Source of the DNA: Octopus sinensis
Taxonomy: Eukaryota
Direction of reading: 5' to 3'
Assembly: GCF_006345805.1 (NCBI RefSeq)
Contig: NC_043010.1
Location: 41,168,001-41,232,000, forward strand
DNA length: 64,000 bases
The position numbers and the translations under genes are program-made. Within the stretch, counting starts at the first letter, position 1, and each line of letters begins with the position of its first letter. A model generated the notes under the pieces. It was not told the DNA's origin and did no database searches. It saw only the letters and a list, made by a program, of their open reading frames with translations. Below are positions 63,121 through 64,000 of this stretch, piece after piece.

Positions 63121-63429
63121 GTAAGCCTATAATCTTATTTCTATCAGCGTGTGTGTGGAACATTTTCTGTGATATTAAGGCACCAAGTTAGTGATGACAT
63201 TGAGCTCCGAGTTAAAACTGCTGCCAGAATCATTCTGGTTTTTTGCTCTTGTTTTGGCTGCAGCAAGGTACACAACTCTGTTTGCTCCAGTTTCACCATT
63301 CGAATGTTTTTTTTTGTTTTTTAATCAAAAACAATTGTTGGTGGAAAGAAGGGCATCAAACTCTGGATGCATTTGTTCCTACGAAACTAATCCTGCTCAG
63401 GAAAGCTTGATTAAATGAACATAAAAGAA

Positions 63430-63844
63430 GGATCATTTCGGTTTGAACGGCAGTTTTTAACATAATTTCTAGGTAACTAAAAAATTCTAAACTTCGTATA
63501 CTGGTAGAATGTGTTTATAAAACATCTTTTTCTTTTGGCTTTATTGAGAAAATTCTATAGTTTGTAAGATATTTGTTGTTTTTTTCCTTCAATTTCTGCA
63601 ATTTCAACCAATCAATTACGTCTATTGAGGTAAAAAAAACATTCTGTGCCATATGAATATGTCCCTTGTTTAAGAAACAGATTGGATTTATTTACATTTG
63701 TGAAGAAAAAAAAGATACCCTTCCCCCCCACCCCTAACCCTAAAACAGATAGAAATGCAATAGATCGATACTAGGGTCAAAATTATGAGTGACAATTTCA
63801 TATGACACCGTTAGAAAAAACTGCCGTTCAAACTGAAAATATCC
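63430..63844. mobile_element. MITE family 1, copy D (415 bp)
   Basis: 8-bp TSD TAAAAGAA at 63422-63429 and 63845-63852. Confidence 0.93.
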
Positions 63845-63959
63845 TAAAAGAAACACAATATGTATAAAGATGCACATGCATACACCCACACACACACACA
63901 CACGCAAGTGAATGGCAGAATTTGTAGTGACAAAATACTTAGTAATCTTCGGATATAAT

Positions 63960-64000
63960 CTTTACTCTTTTACTTGTTTCAGTCATTTGACTGCGGCCAT
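63960..64000 (-). mobile_element. 3' tail of a SINE-B running off the window
   Basis: TTACTCTTTTACTTGTTTCAGTCATTTGACTGCGGCCAT. Confidence 0.85.

Noticed and set aside
63191-63418. Hydrophobic ORF as the STX18 transmembrane exon
   Set aside because: No polypyrimidine acceptor and no similarity to the expected AIKNNAGFRVWILFFL...LLFLDWY ending.

Overview
AT-rich, repeat-dense eukaryotic (spliceosomal-intron) DNA. It is most likely an Octopus genome; this is inferred from the SINE, LINE and microsatellite landscape, not from a search. Two divergently oriented genes are supported. (1) On the minus strand, the first coding exon of a FAM184A/B-family gene (36644-36802, ending MHHKMSKKIAQLTK|gtaagt). 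I found no second exon in the 36.6 kb downstream. (2) On the plus strand, syntaxin-18 (STX18): ten coding exons from 46663 to 63120 splice with GT-AG boundaries into one 903-nt (301-codon) open frame, with a probable non-coding first exon ending at 45624. The transmembrane-anchor exon lies beyond the window. The remainder is tRNA-head SINEs of several families, fragments of RTE, CR1, Tx1/L1 and R4/Dong LINEs, a mariner relic, several MITE families and microsatellites. Nearly all other ORF-track hits are simple-repeat or transposon artefacts. No strongly supported new biological system is visible. The best leads are: a GG-ended MITE family with 8-bp TSDs (Merlin/Mutator-like) carrying TTAGGG/G-quadruplex motifs; a SINE whose 3' tail matches an RTE LINE in the same window; a long intronic hairpin, an in-frame cryptic donor and uORFs in STX18; and a nested foldback next to a decayed hammerhead-like motif. 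Protein-family calls come from recalled motifs, and repeat boundaries are approximate unless a TSD is quoted.
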